DNA of 64,000 nt, taken from positions 36,828,001 through 36,892,000 of the forward strand of contig CM022670.1 of assembly GCA_012295275.1 (NCBI GenBank). Direction: 5' to 3'. Position numbers and translations under genes: made by a program. Below the pieces are notes generated by a model, which worked only from the letters and a program-made list of their open reading frames with translations, was not told the DNA's origin and did no database searches. Position 1 is the first letter of the stretch. Every line of letters starts with the position of its first letter. Positions 26,459 through 41,384 of the stretch are shown one piece after another. This DNA comes from Chrysomallon squamiferum (taxonomy: Eukaryota; Animalia; Mollusca).

Positions 26459-26608
26459 CTTTTCCTCTTTCTGTATCTTTAATGATAGAATGGTAGTCTT
26501 CCTCCTTGTCCTCTTCTTTCTCCACAGTGGCTTGCTCAGAACTCAGCAACGTGGAACTCACAGAAATTGGTCGCCATGACGTTTGTGTCCAGAATGGGAA
26601 TTTTACAC
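26459..26608 (-). CDS. TRAP1: TRAP1 exon 2 (GVKFPFW...EEDKEEDYHSIIKDTERGK)
   Basis: 150 nt; ag acceptor, gtagga donor; phase 1/1. HSII..TE resembles the TRAP1 N-terminal strap region. Confidence 0.9.
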
Positions 26609-27588
26609 CTGTTATGAAAATCAAACTTTTTGTTACACACATTAAAATTGTATTTCACTCAGTATATTGAATAGTTAATGTTTTTCAGAAATTATTTTGT
26701 CTTTATGAAAAGTATGTTATCTATAATCTAGCTGTATATTTTTAATGCTTTAATTGAAAATTTATACAACATCTGAACATGAAAGTACATTTTTTTACAG
26801 ATAGGAAATGTTTCATTTATAAGTGGACTTCTAGCATTAAACTAGAATTCCACCAAACAATGGTTTCCCAAAGTTCCATGATGTGTCAAGTACTCAGAGA
26901 ATCAAACACTCCTCCAAAGTGAAATTTTTACTTGAACCAAATGCTGGTCAATTTTGAGAAATTTCACAATGTAAATATATTTTTATACTTATTATATATG
27001 CTTGTATGTCTGTCTGTCTGTTTAAATATGTGTATTTATGTATGAATGCATTCATCTCCCACAAGAGGCACAACTAATCTAATTTTGGTGGAAATAAAAC
27101 ACTGTGTGCAATATATGATAAAATCCTTCAAAATACTTTTACAATTTAAATTTGTCTCCAGTGAAATTGTAGTCTGGGGTGTTAACATTCTGAAGCAGAG
27201 AAAATAACTGATCTAATGGGTTTACTGGTGTTATCAGCATAAAATTATTTCAAAATAAAGTGATTTTATTGTTGTTGTTCTATTTTCTTTTTTTTTTCTA
27301 AATTTTAATTAAGTTTTATTACCTGTTAATTAATCAATTTAATGTCTGCTTCATAACCAGTCTAATAAAGAAAGAACAAATAACAACAAACCTTCCTTTG
27401 TTCATACATATTAATTAACCATCCTCTCCCTAAAACTGAGTCATGGTCACTTTTATAAAAATTTAAGGTCCCATTTTTTCATTTTTGTTTCTCATAAAAC
27501 ATGATATTTATGTAAAATAGATCATCACAAGTGCAACATTTACTGCTATTATTATATTAGTAATATTTACAGTGAATGGGCTACATAC

Positions 27589-27727
27589 CAAATGCTTCTG
27601 ACACACTTCTGTGGTTAAAATGAGCCCTGTAAATCGGTATATAAGTGGCAAATCTTTTACTGTTGTAATTTAAGTTTGTAAATGCTTTGAACTGTCTACA
27701 AACACACGATCTCATGGAGGCAGCCAT
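27589..27727 (-). CDS. TRAP1: TRAP1 exon 1 (MAASMRSCVCRQFKAFTNLNYNSKRFATYIPIYRAHFNHRSVSEAF-), mitochondrial presequence-like
   Basis: AAAATGG start context; 139 nt; G|gtatgt donor in phase 1 matches exon 2. R/K/S/A-rich with almost no acidic residues. Too short for the ORF track. Confidence 0.85.
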
Positions 27728-29188
27728 TTTGTCTCTATTCTTTGCTATATTTTCCTTCCTAACATTTTGAGCACTAACATGAATTGCCTCGCGATTTATA
27801 TATCTCTAATAATAATTATGCTAAAACATGGGATATAATTATTTTATTTTATCATTTTGGAATCTAGTTATCATATGTGATTTAGACTGAATAAAAGTGG
27901 AGCAAAGCAATGATTAATTTATAAGAAGCTGTCATATCATTTTTATTTTGTTATTTTTTTATTTTTTAGGCAAATATATAAAATTGCTGAATTGTTTTTC
28001 TTTATATTTATGCGAAGGTAATCACCCGTAATTATGAAACACTAATAAGATCTGTTAAGAATATTTTATATTTTAAATTAAATTTAAAAATTTCCATATG
28101 AAATTAATAATTTAAAAAGAAGTAGACAAACAAATCTTTAAAATATTTTATATTGCTCTGAGGACTAAACTTAATTAGTATGTTTTAAATTTTAATTAGA
28201 AAAATACACCAGCTACTACTTGAGAATTTCATAGCAAAATAAAATAGATTTTTGGGATGGTTGGTCGGATAAATATACAGGCATGTTTGTCGGACGATCG
28301 GATGAAAGGATATGGTTGAGCAATTAGAATATAAATTTATATTGTTATATTTGACAACAGAATTTGAAATTAAGACGTATAAGAGTCGTTTCACTAACTC
28401 AGGTAATGGCTGCTGTGGAGGATCTGATGACAGAATGGAGAATACCGCAATTAACTGGAAATGACTATCTGATTTGAGATAAAATACAAAGATTACACAT
28501 TCACTGTGTTTGCATCTCAGCGTGTGTGATCTCGATATTTTGTCGACAAGACTTTGTGGAAGATAGCATTAATTCACGAAAACTCAATCAATATCGAGAA
28601 ATCGACTTATGGAAGCCAGCACCGAGGGAATACCCCTATGATTGTCTTTCCCGAACGCCGTTCCTCGGCTCGCTGTATTGAATTCCTTCGCGTTCCCGTG
28701 AGTCATGCGTCCAATTTATCATTCCAATAATTAAAGAAGTCAAATCAGGGTCCGAGTCGCGGAAAATGAAAGACAGTGCTGGAGAAAACACATTTCCTGT
28801 AATCTGTATAATAGCTGGCCTTCCTTGTTGTGCTCCTCTGCAAACTAATTAAGGAGTGATATAATTTCAGGAATCCGCCTAAAAGTGTTTCCTATTTTGA
28901 GAAAAATCGACATTTGTACAGAATCGTCTCACTAAAGTACTTCTTCAGCAATTGACAGAGAACTTTTATTCATAATTATGCATCATGATAAATGACGTTT
29001 AAATGAGAAGCCTATTTAAGAAATTAAAATTGTAAAAAACGCCAGAGTTTAAATAAATTGATAAATACGCTTAAAAATAATAGTAATAAATTTTAGGGCG
29101 ACAGGACCTTATCGAGGATTAGAGTACAAATAGAAATGGCGGCTTTATTGTAAGTGGTTATATAACTTTCAACGTTAAATTAGTTATA

Positions 29189-29224
<36 letters not shown>

Positions 29225-30001
29225 ACGGACGATCAGCAAAAAAAAAATAGGAAGAAACGAGCCTGATATACCCATTCCCTAAGGGCGACTTTATATTCAT
29301 TCACGGTAAAGCTTAACTATTGTTTTCATTTAAATGAATCTAATCTAATCTAAAGTTACTATCAGAATTCTAAAACATTATGGAAAACAACTCCTTTTAA
29401 ACAGTAAATGAAACGTTACAATGAAAGGAGTCGACAGCAAGAAAACGGATAACGAACACGCTAAGTTGGTTTATTTAATTCAGGTTTTGCATACGCACGA
29501 TGATTATCTACATATTCATCGCAGTCCTTTTGGGAATAGATCGTCTAGAATGTCGTCTGCGCCAAACAGTGAGATCGGTTCATTAATGTGATTTCATTGG
29601 TGGCTGACATTTTAATTAGCTACATCAGCCTTCGCGATATGAATCCAGTACGAATTAGATCAACAGCGTTTGAGCTATCTCCTGGAACTGTATGATTTTA
29701 ATAAAGATGTACCATCCTGTTTGGTTTAGAGAAACAACCGCGATTCGACTATATGTCATGGGATTTGGCATAAATTATGAAGTGATAAAAATGTATTTGG
29801 CCTCTCTTTTAGGCTGGGGATGGGAATGATGGTAACCAAATATCACCGAGTTTAGTCGGTAATGTGTGCTGGTTTTTCACACTTGTAAAGGTGAAGGTCA
29901 ACGGAATGGATGACCTCGGTCATCGTATAGGAAATGGAGACGAGAAACCTTGTATCGGAGGTTCTGTGGTTTGTCGTCGTAATTGCTGTTACCTTAAATA
30001 C

Positions 30002-30969
30002 ATCACTTTAACCATATATATAAAGTCATTTTGTCAAATTGCAAAGATCTGTTTATTGAATAGAAAATTTAGCCTATTATTTTTATACTAAAATTATTCC
30101 ATGTTAAGATCAAAATGATAACTGAAGATTTTTAAACACCGATGTTTAAATAAATAATTAAAATGGTCTTTGTCAAACTGCCAAGTATATTTCTAAGCAT
30201 AATTTGCATTTGTGAAATGTTTATTTTAATGCATTAGAAAGATTTAACGAAGCATGTTAACGCTTTTCATCCATTTAAAAACTTCAGTGCCTAAATTAAT
30301 ATTAATTAATGTAAGTTTCGCTGTTTGATTTATAGATTAAGTGTATGTTCATATATGTATAAGAATGTTTGTGTGTATGCGTGTGTCATAGGTATGTATA
30401 AACAAACATTTCTAATTAATTAATTTCTTTCCAAAACATCAACCACAACAAGAACATAATAATAATAATAATAATAAATAATAATAATAATAATAAATAA
30501 TAATAATAATAATAATAATAACTTTAATTTTAACTTGTAATAAACAGTCAGCTCCTACTTTCGTTCCCATGGCAACAGTTAATACCAAAACCACTCGACT
30601 TTTCATGCTGCTATGCACACACATACACACTCACATAAGATGATGTATATATTATGCCACAGGCCGTTTACCAGGTTATCATCTTAGGTATTTATGAAGA
30701 AGTGGTCACGACTGACCTAAAATGTTGTAATATTTTCACTCTGAAATAATCCAGCCAGATACCAACTAGTTCGTTTTATTGTGCCTCGGGTTAATTACCG
30801 AAGCAAACGTATCTAAATAAAATTCATAGTATATATATATATTTTTAAATTTTGATCTTAACATGGAATAATTTTAGTATAAAATAATAGGCTAAATTTT
30901 CTATTCAATAAACAGATCTTTGCAATTTGACAAAATGACTTTATATATATATATATAGATATGGTTAAA

Positions 30970-30974
<5 letters not shown>
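30002..30974. repeat. Long inverted repeat pair (arms 30002-30116 and 30849-30974), possible MITE/foldback element
   Basis: The arms are near-perfect reverse complements, differing only in a (TA)n run and one T. Spacer ~730 bp. Confidence 0.85.
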
Positions 30975-31007
<33 letters not shown>

Positions 31008-31008
31008 A

Positions 31009-31055
<47 letters not shown>

Positions 31056-31188
31056 TATATACACATACATACAGATATACACACACATACATCTATATAC
31101 ACACAGAGATATACATACGCACATATATATTCACAGACACACACATTTGTATGTATGTACATACATATATACACCCCCACACACATAC

Positions 31189-31220
<32 letters not shown>

Positions 31221-31283
31221 CATATATGTATGTTGTATGTATGTATATTTGTATATATGTATGTATATATTTTATTTAGATAC

Positions 31284-31379
<96 letters not shown>
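30973..31379. repeat. (TA)n/(CA)n/(GA)n compound microsatellite
   Basis: Read directly; source of several spurious ORFs. Confidence 0.95.
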
Positions 31380-31381
<2 letters not shown>

Positions 31382-33065
31382 TATAGTGTTGCGCTGAATG
31401 ACGTACTGCAATAGATCATAGGCCCGGTAGTGATTTAGAGTAAACTGTCAAACTCCTCTCAGTCATATTTACAATAACATTACTGCACTATGACGAAACC
31501 TTATGATGTCAACGAGGAAATATATTTATGGAAATGTCATTTCTGTTATGGCTCAGTAATGAAGAATGACGTGGCTAGTGTTTTCCTTTCTTTGTGTAAA
31601 CTTTATATAATTTACATATTAAATATACAACAGCTGTTGTTGTTGTTGTTTTTTTGTCTAATTATTGTTATTATTATTATTATTATTATTATATTTATTA
31701 TTATTATTATTGTTATTATTATATATTATTATTATTATTATTGTTATTGTTATTATTATTATTTAAACTAAAACTAAAACTAAAATAATTATTATATTTA
31801 ACAATAAATGAAAATATGATGAATATTAATTATAATCATATCATAAAATACACTTTAAAAATGTAATAACAATTACCATTTAGACGTAATCTTTGACAAA
31901 GTTAATGAAACATGTTTTTTACCAGGAAGCAACTTTCCGGCCATTTCTGTTATGAAAAAAAAAAAAAAAAAAAAAAAATTTAAATTTAAATTTAAAATTA
32001 CAAAATATATATATAAAATTGTCTTCAGAAGAAAAATACAAGGAGAAACTAGAAATTATTTTTATGCATCTTTTCGTAAACAGGAAAACATATTATATCT
32101 GGATGAATTCGGAAATGCATATATTTCAGATGGATTGCTAACATTGATCACTCATCAGACAAACGCTCTAACCATTGGGCTAGACAGCTTCTACGTCAAT
32201 GTTAAGCTAAAAATACCAACCATGTCAAAACACATGAAACTACCCACATTAAGCTCTTTTTTTTGTGAATAATTAAAACTTTTGTGATAATTTATTTCAT
32301 AACTTCAAATCTCCTAATCTCAATGAGCTACAGTTTCTTGCATCTTCAGTTGCGGACCACACAAGTGTTTAAAAAGGATAGATGGAAAAAATTAAAAACA
32401 CCGGAATCACTTTACACGTAATCACGCTTGATTACACTGGTTGAGAAAAAGACTTAAACGTATTTCTAACCGCAATATGCTCCAGATTTAAAATTTTAAA
32501 AACATGCTCTAGGTTACATGTGAAAGCCAAACTACTCGGAGCCTAGGTTTTTTTTTTTTTTTTGGACGAAGCTAATAGAAAGCTTGGGATTGATGAAAGC
32601 TGCGGGCGGAAATTACAAGCACGACTTTTAGACAAGTGTGCGCCAAAATTCATAAAAGTCATCTCCTTACTCACTGATCGACAGAATAAAGTGCATCATT
32701 AGATCTGATCTCAGTTCACCAGTGGTAAAAATGTTTGATTTTTCATTTCTTTTTTTTTTTTTTTTTCTTCTTCCAGATGCCGAAAAACATTTCGTTTCAT
32801 TTTACATTAGCGATTTTTACACCACTCGTTTAATGTTATGATGACAAGTGGCCGTCAAAACTGGAACTAATAATAACAAAACGAAACAGCATCACCTGTT
32901 TCCTGTTTACCTTTACACATACGTACAGTCGGGGAATCTATATTGTTTTAATTTTATCTGTTTATTAACAGCCTTCGTACGTCTCGATTATCGTTGTTGT
33001 TATTATTATTCCCGTTCCAGCCAATGCCTTAAAACGGTTCCCTTTCAGTGTGTGTGTGTGTAAAA

Positions 33066-33125
33066 CCTTGATATAAAAAGAGTAGCCCATTAGGCAGTGG
33101 GTTTCTTTTATTATCAGTATAGCCA
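33066..33125 (+). mobile_element. Possible SINE fragment
   Basis: aaaagagtagcccat...gcagtgggtttc resembles a gastropod tRNA-SINE core from memory and shares a gcag(c/t)gggtttc motif with 55273. Confidence 0.35.
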
Positions 33126-33150
33126 TAAAAAATATGTATAATGTTATAGG

Positions 33151-33273
<123 letters not shown>

Positions 33274-36200
33274 CTAATTTTGGTAGTAATTGTAGCAGTA
33301 GTAGTAGAAGTGGTATTAGTAATGTTAATAGCAGAAGTCTGTAGAAGTAGTAGCAACAGCCGTTGTGACAGTGATAATTTTGGTTGTAAAGTAGTTGCAA
33401 CGGTGGTGGAAACAGTGGTGCAGTTGTAGTTGTAGCGGTATTAGCATTGACAGAAGAGTTATTAAGCCACGCATGCTTTCATGCCATCATTCTGAAAACA
33501 AAACGAAAAAAAACAACAAAAAGATAAGCAGAAGAAGAAAAAACAAAACTGAATGATTTCAACGCGTAATTAACGTTATCTTTATTATAATCGTAACAAT
33601 TTATTTTATTTTATTATTGTTTTCTTTTCTTTTATTATTATTATTATTTCTACCTTCTGGTTCTCCATTTAAGTCTGTTTGTGACTGACGTCTGCCTGTC
33701 TCCACGGTTCTGTTTTTTCTTCTATCTCCACTTACTTGATTTTATTACTAATTGACGTGGTAGCGTCTATCTTTCTACGTGTTTCTGGCACAATCTTTCG
33801 TTTTTAGAAGTAACTGTGGCGGCAGTGAATTTCTTTTTTTTTCAAAACTAAAGCAGTGTTCTCAACGGTTATATGTCAGACACATATTTAAACTTTTTGT
33901 ATAAAGGTGACTTTTTTTTTTACTTTTATTGTTATTTCGGTTTCGTACTGGTAGAAATAATATTGCAGCAGAAGCAAGTTACAAGTAAAATCTGTCGAAG
34001 CAGGTACCTTTCTGTTGTAAAAATGTGTTTTATAGTACGGTCCTTTTCATTAATAATTCGTGTCCGACGTAACAACAGACATACACAAGACTGGACACTG
34101 ATACTAACTTCCAGACACTTATTATATTAGTGTTTGTATATAATTTCCATATACGCTTCGTTTTCATCGGCGATCACTCTATTTAATTGCATTTCTATCT
34201 CGTTCGGTGCGATGGAACATTAACCGACAGACTTGTCTTTGAAAATTGACTGTTTATGTTCAACACGCTTTTGCTAACTACGATTAAACATTTTTACAAA
34301 GACTCGCAACACTTTGTCCTTTGTGATATCACTTTCTATACAATTTTCTCCGAGTCTCAGCCACCAATCACAATTAATGGAACTTCTCGCAAAATGTGCT
34401 GGGATGCAGTAATCGAATTAAGTGGACAATTCTCGAAATTAGGAGATGTTCGGTTATAAATCAGAATTAAGAAGGACTGAAAAGAAATAAAAGTCCCACT
34501 AGATTTTGTTGGTAATAGCATATATAAGTTTTGTATAATAAGCCTTAAAGCTGTATGTATTTCGTAACGAAACGCAGACACAACAAAACTATTTTTAGTA
34601 CTTGATATCTGACTTTTATTAAAGATATAAAACGCCTAATGTTATTGAAAGCATAGAAATTCTTGATTGTATTTAACATATATTTATGGTTAGTCGAAAA
34701 CTATCAAAAGTTAAAAAGTAGTAAAAATTTCAAAATAATTAAAATTGAGCAAAACGACGACCGAACCATTTTTCCCTCTCAAATCGAAAAAAAAAAAAAA
34801 AATAATTTTTTTAATAAAAGAAAGAAAGAATGAAAAGGTATCTTCATCAATGTCAAAAAGGTTTTGCGAAAGACTGAAACAGTTAATATTATTGAAATTA
34901 ATATACAGTACAACATTATATTTTAATGAATAATATCTTGGTAAGATCTGGGAATATATATTTTTTTTTTTTTATTTTTTTTTTTTTTTACTAAGGTGCA
35001 AGACACATGGAACAAAACTCCAAGAATGAAATTTTTATTAAATTTATTCTAATCAAAACAACAACAAAAACAGAATAATTTTTTATTTTTAAAATTTCAC
35101 CAAAAATGCTAAAATACTAAACTTCCACAATATTAAAAGCATAAAACTTCGTAAGTATTAAAGTAACTAACAATCTCGTAAGTACTTAAGTTATTCTAAC
35201 TAACAGTTTCGTTAACTACTATTATTTTAACCAACCATAACAATTTCAGAAGTATTAAAATGATAACTACCACTGCTCCACCCTACACCAACCTGAAGTT
35301 GTTTAATCACGTTTACGCTGTCTCCCAAACGAAAGCGTAAAAGACTGACACCTCCTTAAATCGGTGGTCTACGTCTGATGACCCCAACACCGACGCCACC
35401 GTCAATACATGTCCCAGATTACACTGATGTGCTTGGTTAACAGTGAAACGTCATTATGAGTGCATTAGCTTTGTCTGCGAGCATTATACACATCATTTAC
35501 ATTAGAACTCAAATCCTGCACTTTATCGAACATGAGATAAAAAAATGACATTTCTTAGATTTTTAATTTAATTTAGTGTTGTTTTTTTTTTTTTTTTTTT
35601 TTTTTTCAAATGAAAGGGGAAAAAAAGAAAGAAAGATAAAACAAGAAAAAAAAAAAAAAAAAGAAGGAAGTTAAACTGAGAAATGTATACAAATTCAGTG
35701 AAAGAAAGAGAAACGTGACTGAGAGAAAGAAAAAATTGATTAGATTGTGGGTTTGTGTTTTAACTACTACAGCTGTTTCTTCTACTACTACTAGTACTAC
35801 TACTACTTATAATAATATAAATCATTTTTTAAATTATGTACGTATAATGAATATTACTTTTCATTTAAAATTGAAATCTCTCTCTTAAAATTAATTAATT
35901 AATTAATACACTAAACGAGCATTATATGATATAATTTTATTTTTTTTCTTTATAATTATTATTATTTTTTAAATTCGCGATGAAAAGAATTTTCATTTCG
36001 TAAAAACGCTTTTTACATGCAAAAATAGAATCAGTTTTAATAATTAATATAAAACAAACATTCCCATATTTTTATTTTTATTATTATTTTTTTTTTTATT
36101 TGTTTCTATAAGCTACAAACTTCGTTTCCATCGTTATAATTATCTTCTTTCCACATTTTATGTGGGTTTTTTTAAATTAAAAAAGAAATGTTGAAATACT

Positions 36201-37105
36201 GCACGATAATGTTCAATGTATCAATTTACTACTGTCCCTGATCCATTAATAATCTCATACAGTTTCACATTGATTTGGGAGACAAGTGTTGTTACGTTAA
36301 CGCGTTGCTACTCACGCTGAAAGTAATCAGTTCAGCGAAAATTACGATATATTTCATTGCAATTATCAGTTAATGAATGCCAGTTCTTCATCTTATCAAC
36401 ACAAATGGAATTCTGCTTTCGATCAAAAGCACCGACAACTGAAGAGAATTGTCATGGCAAAGGTAGATCGGCCTTTGACAAAACCGGGCTAAAAATATAT
36501 CTGTAATAAGCGTGTTGCAATTCATTGACGCGGAAACAAGCAGACGATAAAATAAATATTTCAAAACGGCGAGACTGAAGAAGAAGAGAAAAACACAATG
36601 GCTGCAAATGAAAGGACGACACTGTTGTTTGTCACGTAACTATGCATTCGGGTACAAAAATAAATCCTCTGATTTGAATATCCCGAATAGAAGCGGCTTG
36701 TGGTGTATTGCGTTTGAAAATATTTTATTTATGTGATTATATACAAACACATCTATCGTTCACTTAGTTAACGATTCTGTCGATTTTCTCCCTCACCAAC
36801 TTATGCATATTTCATTTAGCTGTTCTTTGCAATAGCATGTAATATTTATTTTTATTTAATACTGTAATTATCTCATTCTCTCTCTCCGTTTTAACCTCTC
36901 TTTCACTAGGTTGTCGTTTTTTTTTTTTTTTTTTTTCAGGGATTTCACTTCGAAACAATGCTAACTGATTCAAGGACCGAACTAATGATTAAAAAAATGG
37001 ACACTCGCTCACGGAAAAATTATTAACAGGACGTAAACAGATATGCTGAGAAATAAATAGAAAGATGGATGGACAGACAGACAATTAAACAGAAAATTAG
37101 ACAGG

Positions 37106-37155
<50 letters not shown>

Positions 37156-40011
37156 ATAATAATAAAATTGTATATTGGCAGACAAATAGATGCAGTGAAG
37201 AACAAAGCGAATCAGATGGAAGCAAAGACAGCTGCGCATACTCTGAGACTAAGACTTAGACAAGACAGATTAAACTGCATAATAACAATTAGAGCAGCCG
37301 TCACCTCATCTGTATCCAAGTCGCCAACTAGCAAAATCGCTGGAATGCCATTGACAAGACAAGATCAATGCGTGTGGATTAGATATCGTCAAATGAGGAA
37401 ATCCGACTCCAATCACGGGAACCTGTCGACTCTGTACTCATCCAATCAATAACAAATTGTGCGACTTACAGGCCACTGACACAGCTAGAGTTGGATTTCA
37501 CCTGTTAATGTGCTTAGTTTAGCTGGATCTCATTTTCTTAGGTGCGGAATATGCCACGGAAGATGCCACTGATATTAATTTATTATTTTTGCTTTCCTAC
37601 TGTTATTAATGAAGGGATATTTGAAGATGTTTTTTTGTTTTTTTTTTTTGTTTTTTTTTAATAAACTGCGTGCAAAAAAATCATGAGATACCAATACTAG
37701 TAGCTTGTAAAAATGTATTTATAAATTGTAATAAATCTAGTGGAATCATGCAGGAAAACTTATAATTACATCCACACACTCAAAATTATTATAAATAAAA
37801 TTTAAAAGAAATAACAAGAAAACGAATACATTAATATTATTTATCTTGTTTTTTTCAAATTTAACAACTATATTACTGCGTCTGATATAATAAAATATAT
37901 ACTATTTAAACGATTCATTAAGAAATACAGTTCATAATACTCTAATTCGCTTCACGTCTATAATGGAAAAATAAAGATCAGACCAGTCCCAAAGCTTTAA
38001 GTACCAATTACAAAATGATTAACTACAAATACTTTTGGAAAACGGACACTGAATGATACTGTCAGAAATCACAACCAACCAACCAGTCACATATCCGATG
38101 AACCAAGTAAAATGTCAACAAATCACGCAAACAAACAAACACGTAGAACTAAATTTCGAAGAAAAATAAGACTATATGCAACAGAAGAGAAATAAATCAA
38201 GCTCGTTAGCTTAAACCAACTGTAGAAGTCCTTACGTAATTTAAAAATGATGACGTAGAATCGTTGTACAAAATGAAAGACATACATAACGGTTATTATT
38301 TATTTTGGTAAAGTTCTGTTTATCGATTGTTTATTCTTTTAATGGATGACTACTTTGAATCTGTCTGAGATAAACATTATTTTGTATGAGGAGTTTTCTA
38401 TTGAAATCATAAAATTAAAAAAAACACACTGAATTACAATTCGTAATTAAACACATTAATTTAATCACATATAATAGCCTTTGTATTTCACATTTATTTG
38501 TATTCTAAATGTTTTCTTTGACATACCACATAAAAGCCCAAATTAGCATCATATTAATGCATTGAAACTTTGTTATAGTGTGCATGTAAATGTGTGTGCG
38601 CAGGCGCATATGCGTAGCTAGATACGTCATCATTAATTCGAAACATATACACTATCATTGCCTTTGATATTTATTCCTATTTTTACAAAAAAACAACGAC
38701 GAAAACAACAACATTTCTTTCTCTGATAGGTACTGAAATAGAACTCATAAAACCCACGACCTCAGAAATCACATATACTATGACGTAGTTCACAGCTTCA
38801 GCCTCCGGCGCTGATTTCCTGACAACTGATCGAGATAATAAGAAAAGTCAAATGCAATTATCGAGACTTGCAAAGACAACTACGATGACAAAGACGTACC
38901 GTGCGGGAGACGCTGGGCTCGAGGCTAGCTATTATAGCGAAATCAATACAAGAAAATAGATACGTGTATAAAACTTTGATCACAATCGATCGCATGGTCA
39001 TTAGCTTTTGTCTGCAATTGAAATCAAACATGGGAAACAATAGAAAACACACGAGGCATGGTCGCGAGGCTTTTGCGTTCTTCGAAGAAGAAGAGGCGTA
39101 ACTCGTGGGGTTAATTAGAAGAATGTCTCGTTATAATGGCACGAAATGAGGCGTGTACGTTAGTGTGAATCCAATAACGCTTACACACACACACAATAAA
39201 CAGTACTGGTTGTTGTTTATACATCGATTAGCGCTGTCAAAATCGTTAAAATTACAATAACAAAATAATCTCTGCCAAAAAAACAAAAACACAAAATGTT
39301 TTGTAATAATTAAAACTGATGCTTCTGGGCAACTGATGCAGCCATTTGATTTGCTCACCGTTAATTTCAACTGTCCTCTCTCTATAGTAAAATTATCAAA
39401 GTTAATCACGTTATTTTATTACAAGTGGTATTTATTAGTACCTAATTCATATACATAATACTGAAAATATGTAGGTAAATGATAGTAATTAATGAGTTTG
39501 AGTGCAAGGGGTGAGTTCGTACATTCTGCTGATACAAGGTTAAAAAAAAAAAAAATTAATAATATTAATAAATTGATTTCTGGGTTATACATTGACCTGA
39601 AAATATTAAATAATTTTGTTGAAATATATCATGACAAATTTACATCTAAAGCGCATTAAAAAAACACAAAAAAAAAAAAAACCACAAATTCTGTTGTTAA
39701 TTATTTTTGGTATTGGAACAGCTTTAAAACTCAACAGCTAAGTAGGTAATTGTTATCCGTACGTACGTACGTTAATGCTTTTTACCAATTTAGTTTTCAG
39801 AGTGTAGTAGTCTTTGTTGTTGGTCAGTAGGAGCGGCTTGTTGAGTGGGATTTCCTTTCTAAACTTTTAATATCGCGATAGTTGTACGAGGGCTTCAGCC
39901 GATAAAGGCGTACTTAGCGCTCCTGAACTCCGCCATTTTTTTTTTTTTTTTTTAATTTTTTTATGACAGATGTATATTTTAGTTTGTTGGTTTGATTGCG
40001 TTCATTTTTTT

Positions 40012-40013
<2 letters not shown>

Positions 40014-40081
<68 letters not shown>
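40014..40081. repeat. Poly(T) tract, 68 nt
   Basis: Read directly from the sequence. Confidence 0.95.
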
Positions 40082-40084
<3 letters not shown>

Positions 40085-40702
40085 AGGGATTTATTTTTTT
40101 ATTATTTTTTTAATTAATATTATGTTTTTAATAATAAAATTATTTTCTCGTAAAAATTATATCCAACATAATAATAATAATAATAAATAAATAAATAAAT
40201 AAAACACTGCAGATTTTCTTCTTTTTTTCTTTCTTCTTTTTTCCAATTATTATTTTTCTTTCTTTCTTTTTTTTTTTAATTCAATTCGGGCTTTGCTTTT
40301 TGAAGTTTTTATTTATTTTATTTATTTATTTATTTATTTATTTTATGAAATACACATTCGCCTATTTGTAGGGGTGGCTTTAAAATGAAGTTCAATTAAA
40401 AAAAAGTGGGGGTTTTTGTGGGCTTTTTTTTTTGTCTTCTTAAAGAAAGTGAATAATTAAAAATGTTACACAACCCAAATCAATGATGCTGTGGTCATTA
40501 TAAAAACATAATCTTTACACTGTGTTATCCGCGCACGCGAAACGCACATCAGATTAATAACAGTCGACGGCAAAATGACACAATTTACTGTATGCTTTTT
40601 CTATGCATATAAATGTTCAGTATTCATATTTCGATCAGTCGATGTCATATTAGTAAAAAAAAAAAAAATAACATAAAATAAAAGACACACACACATAATA
40701 AA

Positions 40703-40733
<31 letters not shown>

Positions 40734-41334
40734 CTTTTTCTAATTAGACTGGCAAGTAGACGTTCATTCTCGTAGCCCGTCATTGTGCACGTTGATCACA
40801 ACGTCATCACGATAAAACAGCCCTATTTCATTTGCACACGAATAAATCCAATTATGGCGCAGCCAAAGTGATAATTTCAGTGAAATCTAGCAATTTAAGC
40901 ATTAAACTGGGGAGCTAATGGGTAACGGCCATCGACATTAGCTAGTGGGATTAAACCGGAACAGGGGATCGAGTTTAACGTAAACGGTGTAGTACAGCAG
41001 AATGAAATATGTGTGACGGCTACGTTAGCAACCAACGTAAGGGCAAGGCTCGGTTTCCTTTCCCGGTTCCAGTATGAAAGCAAAGCTGTGTGGAGAATAC
41101 AATACCACATAATTCAACGTTCTTCCCCATTAAACAGTTAACTGGATAACAAATGAACTAACTGGGTCAATATAGACTTCAGAAACTGATACCAAGATTA
41201 TTTGTTTGAATTTCTTCATGTGTAAACGGGGAAAAAAATCTTGTATTATAGAAAAAAGGGGACGCCATAGCCAAGGTGAATGTAACTTTCAGGATAAAAT
41301 GAGTTTTTATTATAAATAAATAAATAAGTAAATA

Positions 41335-41384
<50 letters not shown>

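Larger units (their letters stand above)
4..27727 (-). other. TRAP1: TRAP1 gene span (17 coding exons in window, 3' end outside window)
   Basis: Joined exons give 2055 nt/685 codons with matching splice phases. HSP90 motifs: [45 protein letters not shown]. No charged linker, and the N-terminus resembles a mitochondrial presequence, as expected for TRAP1. Confidence 0.97.

Noticed and set aside
30690-30730. Hammerhead-like TGAAGA..GGTCA-CGAC-TGACC..AAA (Penelope-type)
   Set aside because: Catalytic core mismatched (no CUGANGA, no GAAA) and no stems I/III found.
30858-31411. Several 63-148 aa ORFs (IYIY/HTHT/ERER)
   Set aside because: Translations of dinucleotide microsatellites. The same applies to the poly-L/I/Y/S/K ORFs elsewhere (e.g. 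2979-3206, 33144-33356, 57156-57401).
33853-33868. cagtgttctcaac, similar to the hAT TIR at 26023
   Set aside because: Short imperfect match with no partner TIR, TSD or internal element sequence.
35359-35400. CTGATGA inside a small hairpin
   Set aside because: No downstream GAAA or stem II geometry, so not a hammerhead.
40014-40081. 68-nt poly(T) as a retrocopy tail
   Set aside because: No adjacent processed gene or TSD, and long A/T runs are common throughout the window.
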